From: Chrysomallon squamiferum
Taxonomy: Eukaryota; Animalia; Mollusca
DNA: 64,000 nt
NCBI GenBank assembly: GCA_012295275.1
Contig: CM022677.1
Span: 5,704,001-5,768,000 of the forward strand
Direction: 5' to 3'
In this document: positions 30,438 to 46,166 of the stretch, piece after piece
Layout: each line of letters begins with the position of its first letter
Numbering within the stretch: the first letter of the stretch is position 1
Notes under the pieces: model-generated
What the model saw: the letters and a program-made list of their open reading frames with translations, nothing else
Told to the model about the DNA's origin: nothing
Database searches by the model: none
Program-made: the position numbers and the translations under genes

Positions 30438-31712
30438 GATGATGATGATGATGATGATTATTATTATTATTAATTGGGAATCTGGATTTCTTGTTGTTGT
30501 TTTTTAACTTACAGTTTATGTATTTAATAATTAAAATATATTGAATGAATTTATATAGCAAACACATGTGCATATTTTTATCTACATTGATTTTTGTTTG
30601 TCTTTTAATTAGCTTGGTAAAATGATTTCATCAGCTTTGTGTATCAACTAACTTTAGATCAAACTTCAACTTACTGTTTTATAATAACTGAGCCTTTAAT
30701 TAGTGGATTGTCTCCCATTTGTTACACAACTCCACTAATATTAGTGTAGTAGTCAGCAGTGACCAAGTGTTATTTCATTCATTTATTTAATACAGTGATA
30801 ATAAAGAATTAAAATCAATCAATCAATAAATCATTAAATAAGTGAATTACTGAATACAACAACAACAACAATAATAATAATAATACTGATGATGATAGCA
30901 AGAAAGAAAGAAGAAAAACAGTCAAATTGTTTATATACTTTATGAATTTTATGTGCCGCAGTAAGTTTTTGTCACACGGTGTTTTTGTTTTCACTTTCAT
31001 AAACAAAATCAGATTAACAAAATACTTGGTCTAATTAGCTGTGCAAGTCACGTGTGGTTGTCTTTAGCTGTTGTTTTTGTTGGGATTAGCGGGAAATTAA
31101 TTAACTTTCCAGTGTCATCGGTAATCAAACTGCTTTCAATTGCTTTGTTTAATTTTTTTTTTTTTTTTTTTTTGACTTTTGGTAAATTGTATCTGGGATC
31201 AGTTGTTTGATTATTTTCTAAGCTTTATTTGTAACAACTGGGAAGATGAGCCCATTATTATGTACTACATAGAGGACAGCTGATTACCAGTTCACTCAGC
31301 CATGGCCTGTTTTGTTATAAGTCTGTGACAAATGGATGTGTAACAAATGGGACGATACCAAAGTGAGTAACCCATGATTGTGAAAGTTATATTGCTAACT
31401 TTTAAAATAACAATTATTAGTATAGAATGTATTGTAATTCCACTGACAATTAACATAATACATATAGTTTGTAAATGGTTATGATTTTTGTTTTCTTTAT
31501 TAAATTAAGTAAATTCCCTGTATTGTTAAAAAAAAAAAAAAAAAAACACACTGCAATGGAATAATGCATTGTACAAGTTCTTGTGACATTCACTAGTGAC
31601 ATGGTGTTATACATCAGCGTGTCTCTTAACTCCTAATGGACTCCATGCAAGTAAATTGTGGAAATGTTCTCACAAAAGAAAGGCATAGTTTATTATCTTA
31701 ATTTCATCATAC
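30065..31712 (+). repeat. Diverged direct duplicate of 59760-61762
   Basis: Collinear from attgagta(t/c)tg.tgaatcaaa.cagttttatttg to ggcatagtttattatcttaatttcatcata. Confidence 0.9.
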
Positions 31713-32733
31713 AGGGTAATAAATAAAGTATTCATACCTATTGTGTTTTCCTGTCCATGATTCATTGACATCTTTCTGTTGTTTAGTATGCTTCATGTAC
31801 CTTATCTAGGGTCAGTATCATAATGTTTGGTATGTTTCAGGGTATATTCTGTTGTTTTGGGGTGGAGTATCATAAATGTAATGTTTGGTATGTTTCAGTG
31901 AATATACTTTTGTTTTGAGTGGAAGTGGATTAATAATGTAGCATTTTGTCATCAGTACAAAGGATGCTATTTCGTGTAAAGCGTTTGTCACAATAGGCAG
32001 ACTTATTCGTCTGGCCTGTCAGACTCTGTGAAAGCGTTTTCTTCCAATTACAGCGTGACGAAGACAGGTGATCTCATCTTTGCTTAAACGTAAAACCCAG
32101 TTACCTGTGAAACTGTAGTTCACTAGATACATTTCTTTGTATAGGTATAACCTTGAAATGATCTAGTTTCTATTCATGAAATATAGACAAAAAAAAAAAA
32201 AAAAAAAAAAATTAAACCACAAATAGTAATTAAATACATATTAATAATTATAATCAGTTTAAAACTGACATTAACTGCAAATGATATGCAAATAATACAG
32301 TTAGACCGTCCATAATAATCTTTCACAGGAACGTGTGCAACAACGAACTTTTCATGTAGTTTTTAAATTTTAAAGTTAAATTATTGGCCAAGATATTTTG
32401 AGTTTTGTATAACAAACTAACAGTTGTTGGCCTTGTCTCGGTTGTTTGACTCATTGATTCCGCGGTTTTTGCTGAGCTCAGCAAGAATGTAATAAATATA
32501 TATATTACAGCTAACTGCTGAATAAGATAATAGAAGGAAAATCAATAACTTCTGCTTTTCTTTTTGTTATTAATCTTTCGTCTAACATGATATTTCGATT
32601 GTTAGAGCACAAACCGTCGTCTGCTTGCTCTGAGCGCGTGCTGTTAGGAAGAACACCGAATATTTTAAATCATTAAATATTAGTCATGTATAACAGCGAT
32701 ACAGAAACTGAATTAGCTTGGTACATCAAATAT

Positions 32734-32734
<1 letters not shown>

Positions 32735-32828
<94 letters not shown>
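32735..32828. repeat. (TAA)n(TTA)n palindromic microsatellite
   Basis: About 16 TAA units directly followed by about 15 TTA units. Confidence 0.95.
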
Positions 32829-33289
32829 GATGATGATGATGATGATGATGATATAATATAATAATAATGATGAGTATATCCAAATGTGATTACCGTGATG
32901 TTCATGAATACATTACAGGTCCTGTTCACATTGGCGTTAAGCTGTTGATGTTAAAAATATGCACCTAACCTGTCTAAATCAGAAATAACAGTATTGGTAG
33001 TTTCTTTGTTTACACTGTAATTGTCAGACAGATTCTTATTTCATTTTCGGAATTTCAATTCAGTTTCATCAGTGTCGTCTACTTGTTGTTTCATTTTTAA
33101 ACCACAAAAGGAAATGAAAATTGGACTATAAATATCTGAATATTCAAAATCAAGAATTTCAAATTTTACGATTTTCTATAATACACGTAACGAGCGAAGT
33201 AGTTTATATATATATTTTAATTTTTTTTTTTTGTCTACCAACATACTGACTTTTTCTTTGAAAAATTCCCAAATTTAGGATGCTTATGG

Positions 33290-34290
33290 GCTAGTTCAAT
33301 AAATTAAGTAATTCCTCTAAAATTCTATCATGTTATTTGTTTCAATGTCACACATTAGATAATCAGGGAGTCTCTGTGTGCTGGCGTTATATTCTGTAGA
33401 TATGTTATTAAATTTGTTTTACAACATATCAAAAGTATCACTGTTAAAATAAGGACTCCTTTTAGTTGGTGTATACCCCAGTTACAATATTAGATTGTTT
33501 CTAGATAAAATTATATCTGTAAACTTAAACCATAATACATATTCAGATGTGTTTTCATATAAATTTGTACTTTTGCAGCAAAATTGCTGTTAATAACCAA
33601 GCATATGCTGCCCGATTCAACCCATGTGTGTTTACCATTTCCGTTACACACACGGAAACACTCATACTCACACCCAAATACATACACACATACACACACA
33701 TGCATGCATACATACATACATATGTATACTTCTAATATTTCCACATATATAAATTTGATTTCTTCTAAACATAAATATCATACTGATTAAAACAGTTTAA
33801 AACCTCTCGTACATGCAGTTTATTTGTCAAACTGCAGACATTTAAAAATACGATATTTACAGTTGGAAGTGTTTACTCTGTGTAACAGATTGTTCGATAC
33901 TCAGTCTGTTTGTTTTGACTGTCCCAGGCATGATCATCCACAGTGAGGAGTAATTGTGGGCACGCTTGTTTCGATTTACAATTTGTGGGCTGCGAATGTT
34001 AGATTGATGTGTTTATCTTGTGTTTCAGTATCTGGAAACGATCGTTTACCTTCCAATAAAGTTAGTGACCCAGTAATGTGTTACCGAATTCAAATCTTCT
34101 AGTTTCAATAACCTTTGCCCGCAAACTTTTTTTGCTTTCCAGAAACTAGCGACGAAATTCTTCACTGACACCAAAACGAGTCTCTCAGAACTTTAGACTA
34201 TCTTCCGACAGTTTCTCTGTCTTTAAGTCTTTCAAATTTAGAAATAATTGGGCGTGGCCTCCTGGAGTTTTCTACTTTCCGTGAGACGGT
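33290..34290 (-). mobile_element. Decayed LINE (CR1/L2-like): ORF1 C-terminus and ORF2 apurinic endonuclease N-terminus
   Basis: ORF1-like LDPVHRL..RKVENSRRPRPIISKFERLKDRETV..FGVSEEF. ORF2-like NIVFLNVCSLTNKL..FNQYDI, ESGSICLVI, EYVLWFKF, GYTPTKRSPYFNSDTFDML, YNASTQRLPDYL. Many stops, plus a microsatellite inserted in it. Confidence 0.85.
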
Positions 34291-36585
34291 GCACAGGATC
34301 AAGTGTAAAAATATTTTCATTTTTTCATTTTTTTTCATTAAGAAATTTATCTAATATTTGTTGTATATCCTCGTAGTATGTTTCTAGAATCAGTTTAAAA
34401 ATTGACTCAAATAGATTGTGTCTAAATATGTAAAACACATTCACACAGATCTTCATAATAACGTAAAAAATTCTTGTGAATTACAATTATGACAACAAAC
34501 TATTGCATTTTTCAACAACAACAAAAAAAATTCATATGTGGTGACAAGTAAAAAATAATATTATTTATATTTAAAAAGTAAAACATGTTGAAAACAGTAA
34601 ACAACAGATGTTAATTTCTTAAATGCTGTGATACAGAGTCTTGCAGTCATTGTCTATGACCAAATAAGAGCAGAGAAAAGAGGTGTGACACTTTTTATTA
34701 CAACAGACAACAAAAACAGTTCTGTTTTACATCTAGCAGCTTTTTGTGGAAACTTAAAACTTCTGAGAGCTTTCTTTATAAAGGGTTTGTTGTAAATAGT
34801 ATTAATTTCAGTGCTTAAATTCCTCTTGATAAAGTTTGAATAATAGATTAAAATGTTTATTAAAAACTATTTAGAGGAATGTATTGGAATGATTGTTTTG
34901 TATAAATGCGTTGTTTCTTTTGCTTCTAATGATGTTTGTTTCATTTGTTTTCTTTCGAAGCACGATATTATTATCTATTAAACATCGTTGATGTAGTTCA
35001 ACCCGCTGTCCGCTCTATTGCTTTCTGTCTTCGTATTGAAACCAGTTTTCAGAAACATGATATATTAGAACATTCAGTGACGTCACAGGGTAACAAGAGT
35101 AACACACAGTATTGAAATAAACGGGTGACCTAGAACGAACTGCAGTTAGAATTACTCAGTCAAGTTAAACATGAGATATCTGTGTGTTAGTCTTGTGACA
35201 TTTATTCACATTACAGGTGTAGAAATGTAACAGGATATAAAACAATAAAATAAAATAAAATAAGGTGAAGAGGGACGAAAGGTTTTAAAATAAACTGTTT
35301 ACGATAGTTATAAAAAACATATTCAAGAGTTATATATATGTATATATAGATAGATAGATAGATAAATATGCGTTGTGTTTATGTAGGTGTGTATACATAT
35401 ATATATCTTAAATTATATATATATATATATAAAAGGACAGTTGATTTTCAGAGTAATAAAATTCTCAAAAAACGAAGAATAACAACGTTGTATTTGCTGT
35501 TTCAGTCAGCTTGAAGACACTAGCAGATATAAATGTTACAATTCAGTACCTCTAAGACACTTCTTATAATTCTACTAAACGATATTACATAATATATATC
35601 CCGGGTGTATGTGTGTGTGTGCTGTGGACCCTGAATTCCACGGATCTAAGATTTTGGGAAATTAGAACTAAATCAGGATAAATAAAATCACAACTGTTCA
35701 GCTTTCCGCCATTTCCCACTGAAAACCTTACCTCTAAATACTATTAAGTTATTGCGAGGCTACTACACAATGACAGTAATCCTGTCTCCTCCCACTTTTC
35801 ATGATGTTAAGAGTAAATTTTACAATTTCACCCATAACCATCCTAACCTGACAAACTTCACCAAACTTAGGCTGTATGTTTCTGCTGTGCATTTGTCTTT
35901 ATAAATACAATAAATAAAAAAATAAAAAAATAAATAAATAGGAAAAGGAACAAAAGAAAAGAAGAAAAAAGATTCACATCAGTGAGTTACTAGGCCGCGG
36001 CTTGCTCACCCCTGGACATTCCTTGCCTTACGGTGAAGACAACGAGGTAAATACACTGTACCCGAAATAAACAAATTGCTTAGAACGGCCTAACCCATGA
36101 TCACAAGAGATTTGCGTTTTACTGCTGTGAATTAAAGTTACCTATAGATAATCATAATTTGACGAAAGGAGAAGAAACAAGGAAAGTATAGAAATTACCG
36201 TTAATATGAAAGCTTTATTTATTATTATTGTTGTTGTTTCGTCGTCGTTATTATTATTTATTGTTTGGTTGTTGTTGTTTATTTTTTTATTTAGTTATTT
36301 ATTTTTTTTGATCCTTTAATAATGGAATTTATTTTCATTAATGTTATTTTGGGAAGGTCATGAAATTTGCACTTTCAAATATCTCGACTTCATTAAATGA
36401 ACATTTCTATTATTTATTAAATTACATCCCTGCAGTAAATTAAATCAATGGATAAATACTACAATATAAATAATTTTGTAAAAGATTGAGAACACAATTT
36501 GCATAATTAAAACTCAGTAGCTTCAATCAGCAACGTCAATGTTACGTTAAGGTGAGACCATTGTCACGTGATCTGAACAGTTGAA

Positions 36586-36815
36586 ATAATTCCGCTATAG
36601 AAACCTTCCATCCTATACCTCTGATTATCAATCTAAGATCAGTGTCTGAAAATATGGTCTATATATGACTTAGGATTCAGCAGTCAATATTATATTTATA
36701 ATAAGTCATATTTCTTTTCAGAAAATTAATTATAAGTGTGAGTGCGTCCGCTCTTATGTAGTCACGTAGAAAATTGTTTACTGCGTCTACTGCTGTTTTG
36801 AAATAAATAGTGGCA

Positions 36816-36871
<56 letters not shown>

Positions 36872-37008
36872 GTGTCATGTTTTCCTTGATTTGGTTAGGG
36901 GGTGTTTAGGATAATCCAAAATGGCGCCGGTCATGATAAACCAGTTGCATAGTAAGTGTTTCCGATATAGTTTCTGTTTATTAACACTTTTTGCTATTGT
37001 TATTGTTA

Positions 37009-37063
<55 letters not shown>

Positions 37064-37915
37064 CTTGCTGTTGTCGTTGTTGATGTTGGTGTTCTTGCTG
37101 GTGTTTTTGTTTTTGTGGGTTTTTTAGTGTTTTTTAGGGGAGTTTTGGGTGCCGTTTATTGTGTTTAACAGCTCTGCAGATACTTTGACAGATCGCATGT
37201 TACTCGTGTTCACGGTTGAGTTGTTAACAAGGAGAATTTGAAACCTGTGTAGTTATAGTCATTGCTAGAGAATAGAGATATGTCGTTATAAGGGTACTAA
37301 AAAATATACTGTGACTGATACTCTCTATTTCTGTCTGTGAAAATAGGTTAGATTTCAAACTTTAATATTGAACTGCATTTCACTATTATTATTATTATTA
37401 TTATCTTGTTGTTGTTGTTGTGGGTTTTTTACTCTGTTTAACAGCTCTGCAGGTATTTAGGTCGCACGTAAATCGACTTCACGATTGACAGGTTAACAAG
37501 AAGAATTTGTAGTTACATTCATTGTTAGATACTTGAAAAATGTCGTAACACAGGTATTGATTTCACTGCCGTTTTGTGTTATCTGTCAAACAGTAGGTCA
37601 GGTTTCAAAATTTAATGTTAAAGTACAGTTCACTTTTATTATTATTATTATTACATTTTTTACTGTGTATAAATATTCTGCTGGTTGTTAACTGTTTATT
37701 GATTAATTTTCACTCAGTTATTTTTTTTTTCTTTGTTGTTTTAGTGGACTATTTCATTTTCTAAAATAGAGTTTTCGCAAACGTGTGCACAAACGCACAT
37801 ACATATGCCATGGTAAACATAAGTAAACACATATATAACAACTGCAGACAATATACACGTAGAAAACAGACGTTTAGGTCGACATCCAATAACACCCACT
37901 CACCCACAGACATGC

Positions 37916-37954
<39 letters not shown>

Positions 37955-38007
37955 ACAGGGACATGCATAACACACACACACACACATACTCACCCACAGA
38001 GACATGC

Positions 38008-38051
<44 letters not shown>

Positions 38052-39274
38052 TAGTAGGTAGGTCTATTGACAGCTAGTTAGAATGAAATGAAAAAGAGAA
38101 AATTAACAATATAAAAACAATGAAGGTCAAGGTCCAGAAAGATGTTAGGTCTCCATGGATGCTCTTCAGTTTATTTTATCAACACAACAAGAATAAAACC
38201 CGAAATTAGATATTTGCCTTTGATTTAAAGTTATTTATAGATAATTGTAATATGAGGGGAAAAAAATGAGAAAGAAGAAGATAAAAAATATAAACAAATG
38301 AACGTTAATACGAATGGTTTTAAAACAGAATTTCTCATTACTTATTTAATTACTTACTCAGTTCTTAAACATGAGAGAAATAAATAAATTTAAGATATTA
38401 ATTCGATATTCTGGGGAACGTTTTAAAGCACGATATCACAGTTTAGTACACGTAGTTGGTACCTTCCACACACCCCCCACAGTCTTTCAGATTCTTTCTT
38501 ACCCTGCATGCAAACCAGTTTCAACAAATTTCAAAAACATCGTAATGATCTAGCTGTACTCAAATAAATGTGACCTCAAAGATAACCTCAAACTGTGTGG
38601 GTCCTAAAAGTTCTTTATTAAAACTTGAAGCCAAAGATCTGACGTCAGCTGGAAGAGAAATCAGCAATGTGGCTTGTGCACGTGGTGTCACATGACTGAC
38701 AGCATTGAAAGATCACAGACTGAGTTAAACACAGTTGTCCAGTCGTTTTGTCAGTCGTCAGTGTCCATAGTCATAGGTCAGATGTGGATGATTATGTACA
38801 CAATGAAAAAACGTTTATTAAAACCAATAAAATCAACTAACGTGGTTACAGAACGAACTGTACTTAGATGTACATTGTCAAAACGACGAGACATTTGCGT
38901 ATCGGTCCTCTAACTGTTATTCATCCTGTATGTAGAAATCTAAAAAATAAAATAAAATAAAATAAAATAAAATAATTAAACAAATAAACAAATATATATA
39001 TATACAACAATAATTAAAATTCAGAAATATCTCAGTGCGAGGAATTCCCTATTTTTATTTATTTATTTATTTATTTATTTTTTATTTATTTATTTATTTA
39101 TTTTTTATCGAATTTTATTTTTATTATTTGGGGTATTCATTTATTTTTCTATTGCATGTATGACTGATAACTACATATATTTATATGTAGGTGTTTTATA
39201 TATATTTTGATCGATTTGCCTATTTGGGTTCATCTTTGACCAATGTGTTAAAAATAAAAAAAAAATAAATAAAC

Positions 39275-39309
<35 letters not shown>

Positions 39310-39524
39310 GATCTTGTGTTAAATGTTACAGAGGAAAAGTTAACTTTTTATGGATATGTATGTATGTATGAATGAATGCACGTAACTCTTCACCTGCATT
39401 TACCTTCAAGAAACTCATTATTTTATTTCACTCATAATATTATTATCATTCTTATTATTCTTAATATCATAATCACTGCACTTACTGTTGTTGTAGTTCT
39501 TTTTCTTCTTCTTATTTATACTTC

Positions 39525-39597
<73 letters not shown>

Positions 39598-39791
39598 TAT
39601 TTTATTTATTTATTTATTTATTTATTTATTTTTTACTGTGAATAGTTTATGTATAGCTACACAGATCGCCTTTTTTTAAAATTATTATTATTATATTTGT
39701 ACTGTACGTAGCACATGTATAGATCGCACGTTAACCATGTTCACGGTTGAACTGTTAACAAGAATTTGGACCCTTTGTAGTTACACTCACT
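36586..39791 (+). repeat. Segmental duplication, copy 2 (partner 25030-29208)
   Basis: Collinear match to copy 1, with one copy of the 1.1-kb unit and an extra segment of about 230 bp at about 37200-37430. Confidence 0.95.
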
Positions 39792-42148
39792 GTTAGAAAA
39801 TATGACTAATACTGCCTAGTTTTGTCTGTAAAACTGGATCAGATTTCAAACTTTAATGTCAAACTACAGTTCAGTATTGTGGTTGTTGTTGTTATTATTA
39901 TTGTTGTTGTTGTTATAATTATAATTATTATTATTATAGTTATTATTATTAAATCGAATTATATCTTTGCATATAGAATAGAAAAGATGATGATGATGAT
40001 AATAAGAAGAAAGACAAATGGCGCGAATAAGAGAATCGTGGTCGAAGTATAAGTTAAGTTGTTGACGAATGAGCAATTTGTATAAACAATAATATTTACT
40101 TTGTTCAGTTGTTTTAAAAAATAGTCTGTGGAAGAATAAAATGTCTACGGAATTATTTGAAAATACAAATTGAAATTAACTGATTTCGTCAAATATCAAT
40201 GCTGATGTAATTCAGTCTATTCGGGAAGCTGCACAAAATATAGAATTAGTATGATAAAAATATGTTCAGTGTTAATAAAATAACGTTAATTTCTATATAC
40301 TGATTTGATTTAATTATAAACTAAAACTGAGCTGTAATTTAAAATAGCTAAAATGGCTATTCCTTGTTAGAATTATATTCATTAGTTTATTTTGTTCATG
40401 ATATTTGTCTTTGATATTTCTCTGTTTTTGTAATTATTATTATTATTTGTAAAGTGTTTAATATGGAGTTAGAACCATGTTTTGACAAGCGGTCATGAAA
40501 GATTCAAGTTAGTTAATTGTCAAATTTCTTGTTTACATTAAGTGATTTTATTTATTAAATTACAATATTGCTATAAATTAATCAATTCAATCAGAGACAA
40601 ATTATACAATTTCAACTGATTTGGTAAATGTTTGGGAATGAAACATTTATCAGTAATACTCAGTTTTCTCTGTCGTTAGATTTTAAAATAAACAAGTCAG
40701 ACGTACATTAAAACGGTCACTACATGTACTCAACAACAGACGTTAAAACTATCATAGGCGGAGCCAAAGCAATCGTGAACAATATCTTCATTAGCCTTGA
40801 TGAAGAAATTAATAAAATTCCTGTTTAACGTAGTGTGAGTTGTGAAAAGAAAATTAAAACTAAATAAAAAATGTCTGCCCTATCTTGCTGAATGTACAAC
40901 ATGCTGTAACTTGAATAATATGTACGGTTATACACACAGACAGATATTAAGTCATGCTACCTTCAATGATGATCTTATTTACTGGAACTAAATAAGTAAA
41001 TAAAACAAGATAAGAACAAACACATGTTGACAGACAGTTTATTTGGTAGCAGATATATATATATATATATATATATATTTAGTTAGTTAGTTTTTGCAGC
41101 GTTGTTTTAATAAAAACAAATAAATAACAACATCGAATTTGATTTTCTGTTTCACGAGTCAGTTTGAAGAAAGTCGCAGATATAAATATTACAGTTCAGA
41201 AATGTAAATCACATTTTATTTCTCGGAATATTTATAATTCTGTAAACAGGTATTACATAAAATAAATATTCTACATCCCGACACGATTCCACTGTGTAGA
41301 AAATTATAGCGATCAGTCCCATTACGTGATGACGTCACAACTTCAGCTGGGAACAGTTACAGTCGTCAAATATTTGGTGACAGTGTTATTGTCAAACTTT
41401 ATTTTGTGAAAGGATAGGTCCCTCTAAAGAGAGAAATAATAACTTGGAAGTATAAAGAATTTTACTAGAAAATATCTGTTCTTATTGACACAGACTGGTT
41501 CACTTTAAAGTGAAAGAAACTCTGGTTCATACTGACAAAACAAAAAGTAAATGTATTGTTATATTCAGTGTTAAAATTATAAGCGTACCAAATATTTTAC
41601 TTGAAACTAGCACATAAGTTAACTGAAGAATAAATAAATAAATAAATAAATAGAATGGTTGATGAAAGAAGAAGAAGAAGAAGGAACGATTTAAATCAAT
41701 GAGATACTAGGTCCCGGGTTCCCCACCACGTGGATTTGTTGTCAAGACAACGAGGTAAATACACTGTACCCGACATAAACATATTGCTTATAAAAATCGA
41801 CCCCATGATCACAAGAGATTTGCGTTTTACTGACGTGAATTAAAGTTATTCATAGATAATTGTAATTTAATGAAAGGAGGAAAAAGAAGGAAAGAAAGAA
41901 ATGAATGCTAATATGAAAGCTCTCAGTATAAAATTTAAGAAAGTTAAGCTTTTTTGTGTGCATCCGGTGTCGTGTTCAGTATGTATCATGTTAGCTGCGA
42001 AAGATAAAAAAATAAATCAAGACTAAACGCAGAGTGAGAGAGAAATAAAATAAATAATAAAATAAACAATGTCTGCCCTGACTTCTATAACACGAAAACA
42101 GAGTAGCCTTCCTGCTCGATGTTCAAAATAAATCTCAATCACAATAAT

Positions 42149-42197
<49 letters not shown>

Positions 42198-42349
42198 GTA
42201 AGCTATATATATAAGCTTACTAGAAGAAACTGATATATATATATTGCTCGCTCCTGTATACTGTTCATATCTTTTTGAGCAAGTATACAAACCACTTTGA
42301 AAAATATGCTATACTTAGAACTAACTCATCGTGTTTACACTGTCACCCA

Positions 42350-42519
42350 GCAACCAGAGTAACACACTACGTGCAAACCTGTCACGTGTCGTCTTACAAA
42401 AATATCACGTGACGTGTCTAAGCGAACAATTCACAGAGAGAGCAGACGGCGTCGAGTTTGTGACAATTCGTTAGCTGACAAGATTCGAGTTTTACTTCGA
42501 TTTCGATTGACAGGTACGG
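42350..42519 (+). promoter_or_regulatory. Promoter/first-exon-like module P (paralogues at about 20525-20620, 50700-50860, 52465-52530)
   Basis: Tandem E-boxes gtcacgtg and atcacgtgac, a CpG-rich stretch, then ttttacttcgatttcgattgacag|gtacgg donor. The 50.8-kb copy ends ctttacttccatttctactacag|gtaagc. Confidence 0.55.
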
Positions 42520-42682
42520 AAACCTTTTACTACTTTGCTATGTTGTGACTTTTGTTTGTTTATTTATATCTCATTATAAAACTAATGATTTTATTCTTTT
42601 TTATTTATTTATTTATTGCTCATTATAAAACTATTGATTTTATTTTATTTTATTTTATTTAATTTATTTACTTATAAATCCT

Positions 42683-42715
<33 letters not shown>

Positions 42716-42788
42716 GTTTGGTACAGTTTTTGTTTTTGTCTTTTCCCTTTTTGTCTTTCTTTTTTTCTTAATTTCATAATCATCATCA

Positions 42789-42850
<62 letters not shown>

Positions 42851-42851
42851 T

Positions 42852-42882
<31 letters not shown>

Positions 42883-43217
42883 TTTTATTTTATTTTATTT
42901 TATTATTATTATTATTATTATTTTTTTTTTTGCTAGTTTAAAGTGGAATGTCTGTTCATTAATATGATTTTGACAAGGTCATGAAACCGCCGCGTAGATA
43001 AATATCTCGACTTAATCAAAAAGAAAATTTAATTATTTATTAAATTACATTTCTACGATAAATTAAATCAACAGATAGATAATACAATTAATTTTTTAAA
43101 TGTTAAAGAATAATTTTATAAGTATTATTATTAAAAGTTAATGTTAACATAAACAAAGTCAGTGTTACTTTAAGTCAGATCGTTGTCACTTTATGTAATT
43201 ATTTGAAATACTTAATT

Positions 43218-43525
43218 CAGTCTCGCTGCACACTGTAACAGATGGCTGGCCCGCCATCACTTACGGCTTACGACGAATTTGCCACCCGTTTATTCAGACT
43301 GCCTGTCATGTCATTGCTTTGCACTTTTGGGGTCAGCAGGTCAGTGTCTTGTCCCTGAACAAAATAGATGTAACCCGAAGCGGCGACTGTCATATTTACA
43401 AAAGGACGCAATCCAATACCTCTGAAATTTGCTGCTACACACGATGCTTGTGTAATCAAGGCTACTGTAGCAGGCGCTGCGCGGCTAAACCATTGCGCAT
43501 GTTATGTACAATATATATATATATA

Positions 43526-43572
<47 letters not shown>

Positions 43573-43573
43573 A

Positions 43574-43618
<45 letters not shown>

Positions 43619-43894
43619 CCTCTGTAGGTAAATGTACATTATTTTGTATAAATATATTCATGTAAAGAAAATAATTCACAGAACAACCAGACAAAACTCG
43701 CAGGTAACAGACACTTTATTTTATTTAATTGCAAATAAAATAAACTTGTTAATAGTTAATGCATTCGATGCAATCATTTATAGGAGTATTTTTGACAAAC
43801 AAGTAATTTGAACATCAAAACCATCCCTTTGTTTAACTTGCACCAGTTACGCCGATTCCCGCCATCCCTTTTGCAAAATCTGGCAAGACCACTG
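43218..43894. mobile_element. hAT-type MITE (677 bp)
   Basis: Flanked by acttaatt/acttaatg (8-bp TSD, one mismatch). Ends cag..tctcgc and gcaagaccactg form an imperfect TIR, with cccgccatc near both ends. The paralogous module at about 45780 lacks the insert. Confidence 0.75.
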
Positions 43895-44282
43895 ACTTAA
43901 TGTGAGTTTTGTCACGTAGACCCGAGTAAGCTAAGAAAAGTATTCCTTTTCGAACGACTGTTATGTTCTTAATCAAAAATAAATCAATCAATGAAATTAA
44001 AAAAAAAAAAATTGAACTGAATTTTTGTCTTTGAAATAATTATAGTTTATTATAATTGTGTATGCTTATCATTTTTAAAATGATATCGTACAATACTACT
44101 ACTACTACCAGTACTGCCACTACTACTACTAGCAATAATAATAATAATAATAACAACAACAACAGCAACAACAACAACTACTTCTACTACTACTACTAAT
44201 AATAATAATAACCTTAATAATAACAATAACAATGACAAATACAAGTAAATATTGTTACTCTGTTCAGAATGTGTAATAAAAG

Positions 44283-44375
<93 letters not shown>

Positions 44376-44896
44376 CATCATGACAATTATTAATTATTAT
44401 ATTCAGAAACCATTAAAATAATTTTTTTACCAGTATTTACATTTTTAAATTTGCTCTTGGACACACGTATAAACTGTGGCGTCGTAATGTGCTGCTGCTC
44501 GCAAGGACTGAATCAGTTGAAATTGTGTTTTTTTCCCCTGCTCAGCACAGATACACTTTTGTTCAGAGGACCATGCAATGTATACCACAATAACGAGTAA
44601 CATTTCCCTTTTCCAGTGTGCACTGTTTGTTTTGTTCGGATTAAGTGTGTGGTTTTTTATTATTTTTAGAAGAATCGTGCCCTTTCACACACTTAGACAG
44701 CGTGACATGCGTTACTACATGTCCGCAAATACACGCGGTTTCCTTTTGCCCTCCCACGTTTCTCTCATTTGCATTAAAAAGTTAAAAGTATCCTGGTGTA
44801 AAAGAATATAGATTTCACTTCAAATCTGAATTTTTGAAATCAGGTTTTCTTATTTCACTTATTTATTTATTTAATATGCGTATGACTTTTAATTGC

Positions 44897-44932
<36 letters not shown>

Positions 44933-45819
44933 GTTTAGTTCTTTTTGCGACGAACAAGGACTGTAACATCAAAAACTCGATTCACTTTTGCTTTTTCATT
45001 TTAAAATAATACTCACATCAACAATTATGAACTAATAAAACTGCACTGTAAATAAATAAATAAATAAATAAGGTTTATATAATATATTTTTCAGTGAATA
45101 GTAAAAGTCAAAATATACTACTAATAATAATAATAATAATAATAATAATATTAAATAAATAAATAAATAAACAAGCAGCATCTACGAATATGTTGATCAG
45201 TTATAAAGCAGTCGAAAGAGGAATAAATATCTACGGAATATCTGCTTATTTAAAAAATAATAAAAATTAACTGGTTTCGTCAAATGTTAATGCGGTTGTA
45301 AATTAGTCTATTTAGGAAGTTAATAAAAGTTTATTTATGATTAACCAATGAAAATAGTTTCAATATAATATAGTTTCATATTTACCACAGATTTGTGATA
45401 TGAACTTTATTACTTATATTTTCATTTGGTTTGAATTTTTTCTTTATTTGTGTCTTTGCTTTTTAATGTTTTTCCTTTCTTTTTCTTTTTTATATTTTTC
45501 TTTCTTTCTTTCTTTCTCTTTTTTTTTTATCGTTTAATATGGAATTTATTTTTGACAAGGTCATGAAACATTCGCATTGTTAAATATTTCGACTTCATTA
45601 AATGAAAATTTAATTATTTATTAAATTACATCTGTATGATAAATCAATGAATAAATACTACGATTCAAATAATTTTCGAAATGTTTGAGAATACATTTTT
45701 TATTATTAAAACTTAATGATATAATCAAGAAGGTCTGTGTTACTTCCGGTGAGATCATTGTCAGGTGATCTAAAGATCTGAAATACTGTGTGAGTTCACG
45801 TAGATACCAGTATATAATA

Positions 45820-45968
<149 letters not shown>

Positions 45969-46129
45969 TAGCCAGTTTTGAAATAAATAAATGATTCAAT
46001 GGAGAATTTTAGAACTGGAAATGTTATTGTCTTTGAAATAATTACACTTTATTATAATTATGTATTCATTTCATGTGACATTTAGATTCTTTCAAAATGA
46101 TATCGTATAAAAAATCTTGTAATTGTTGA

Positions 46130-46166
<37 letters not shown>

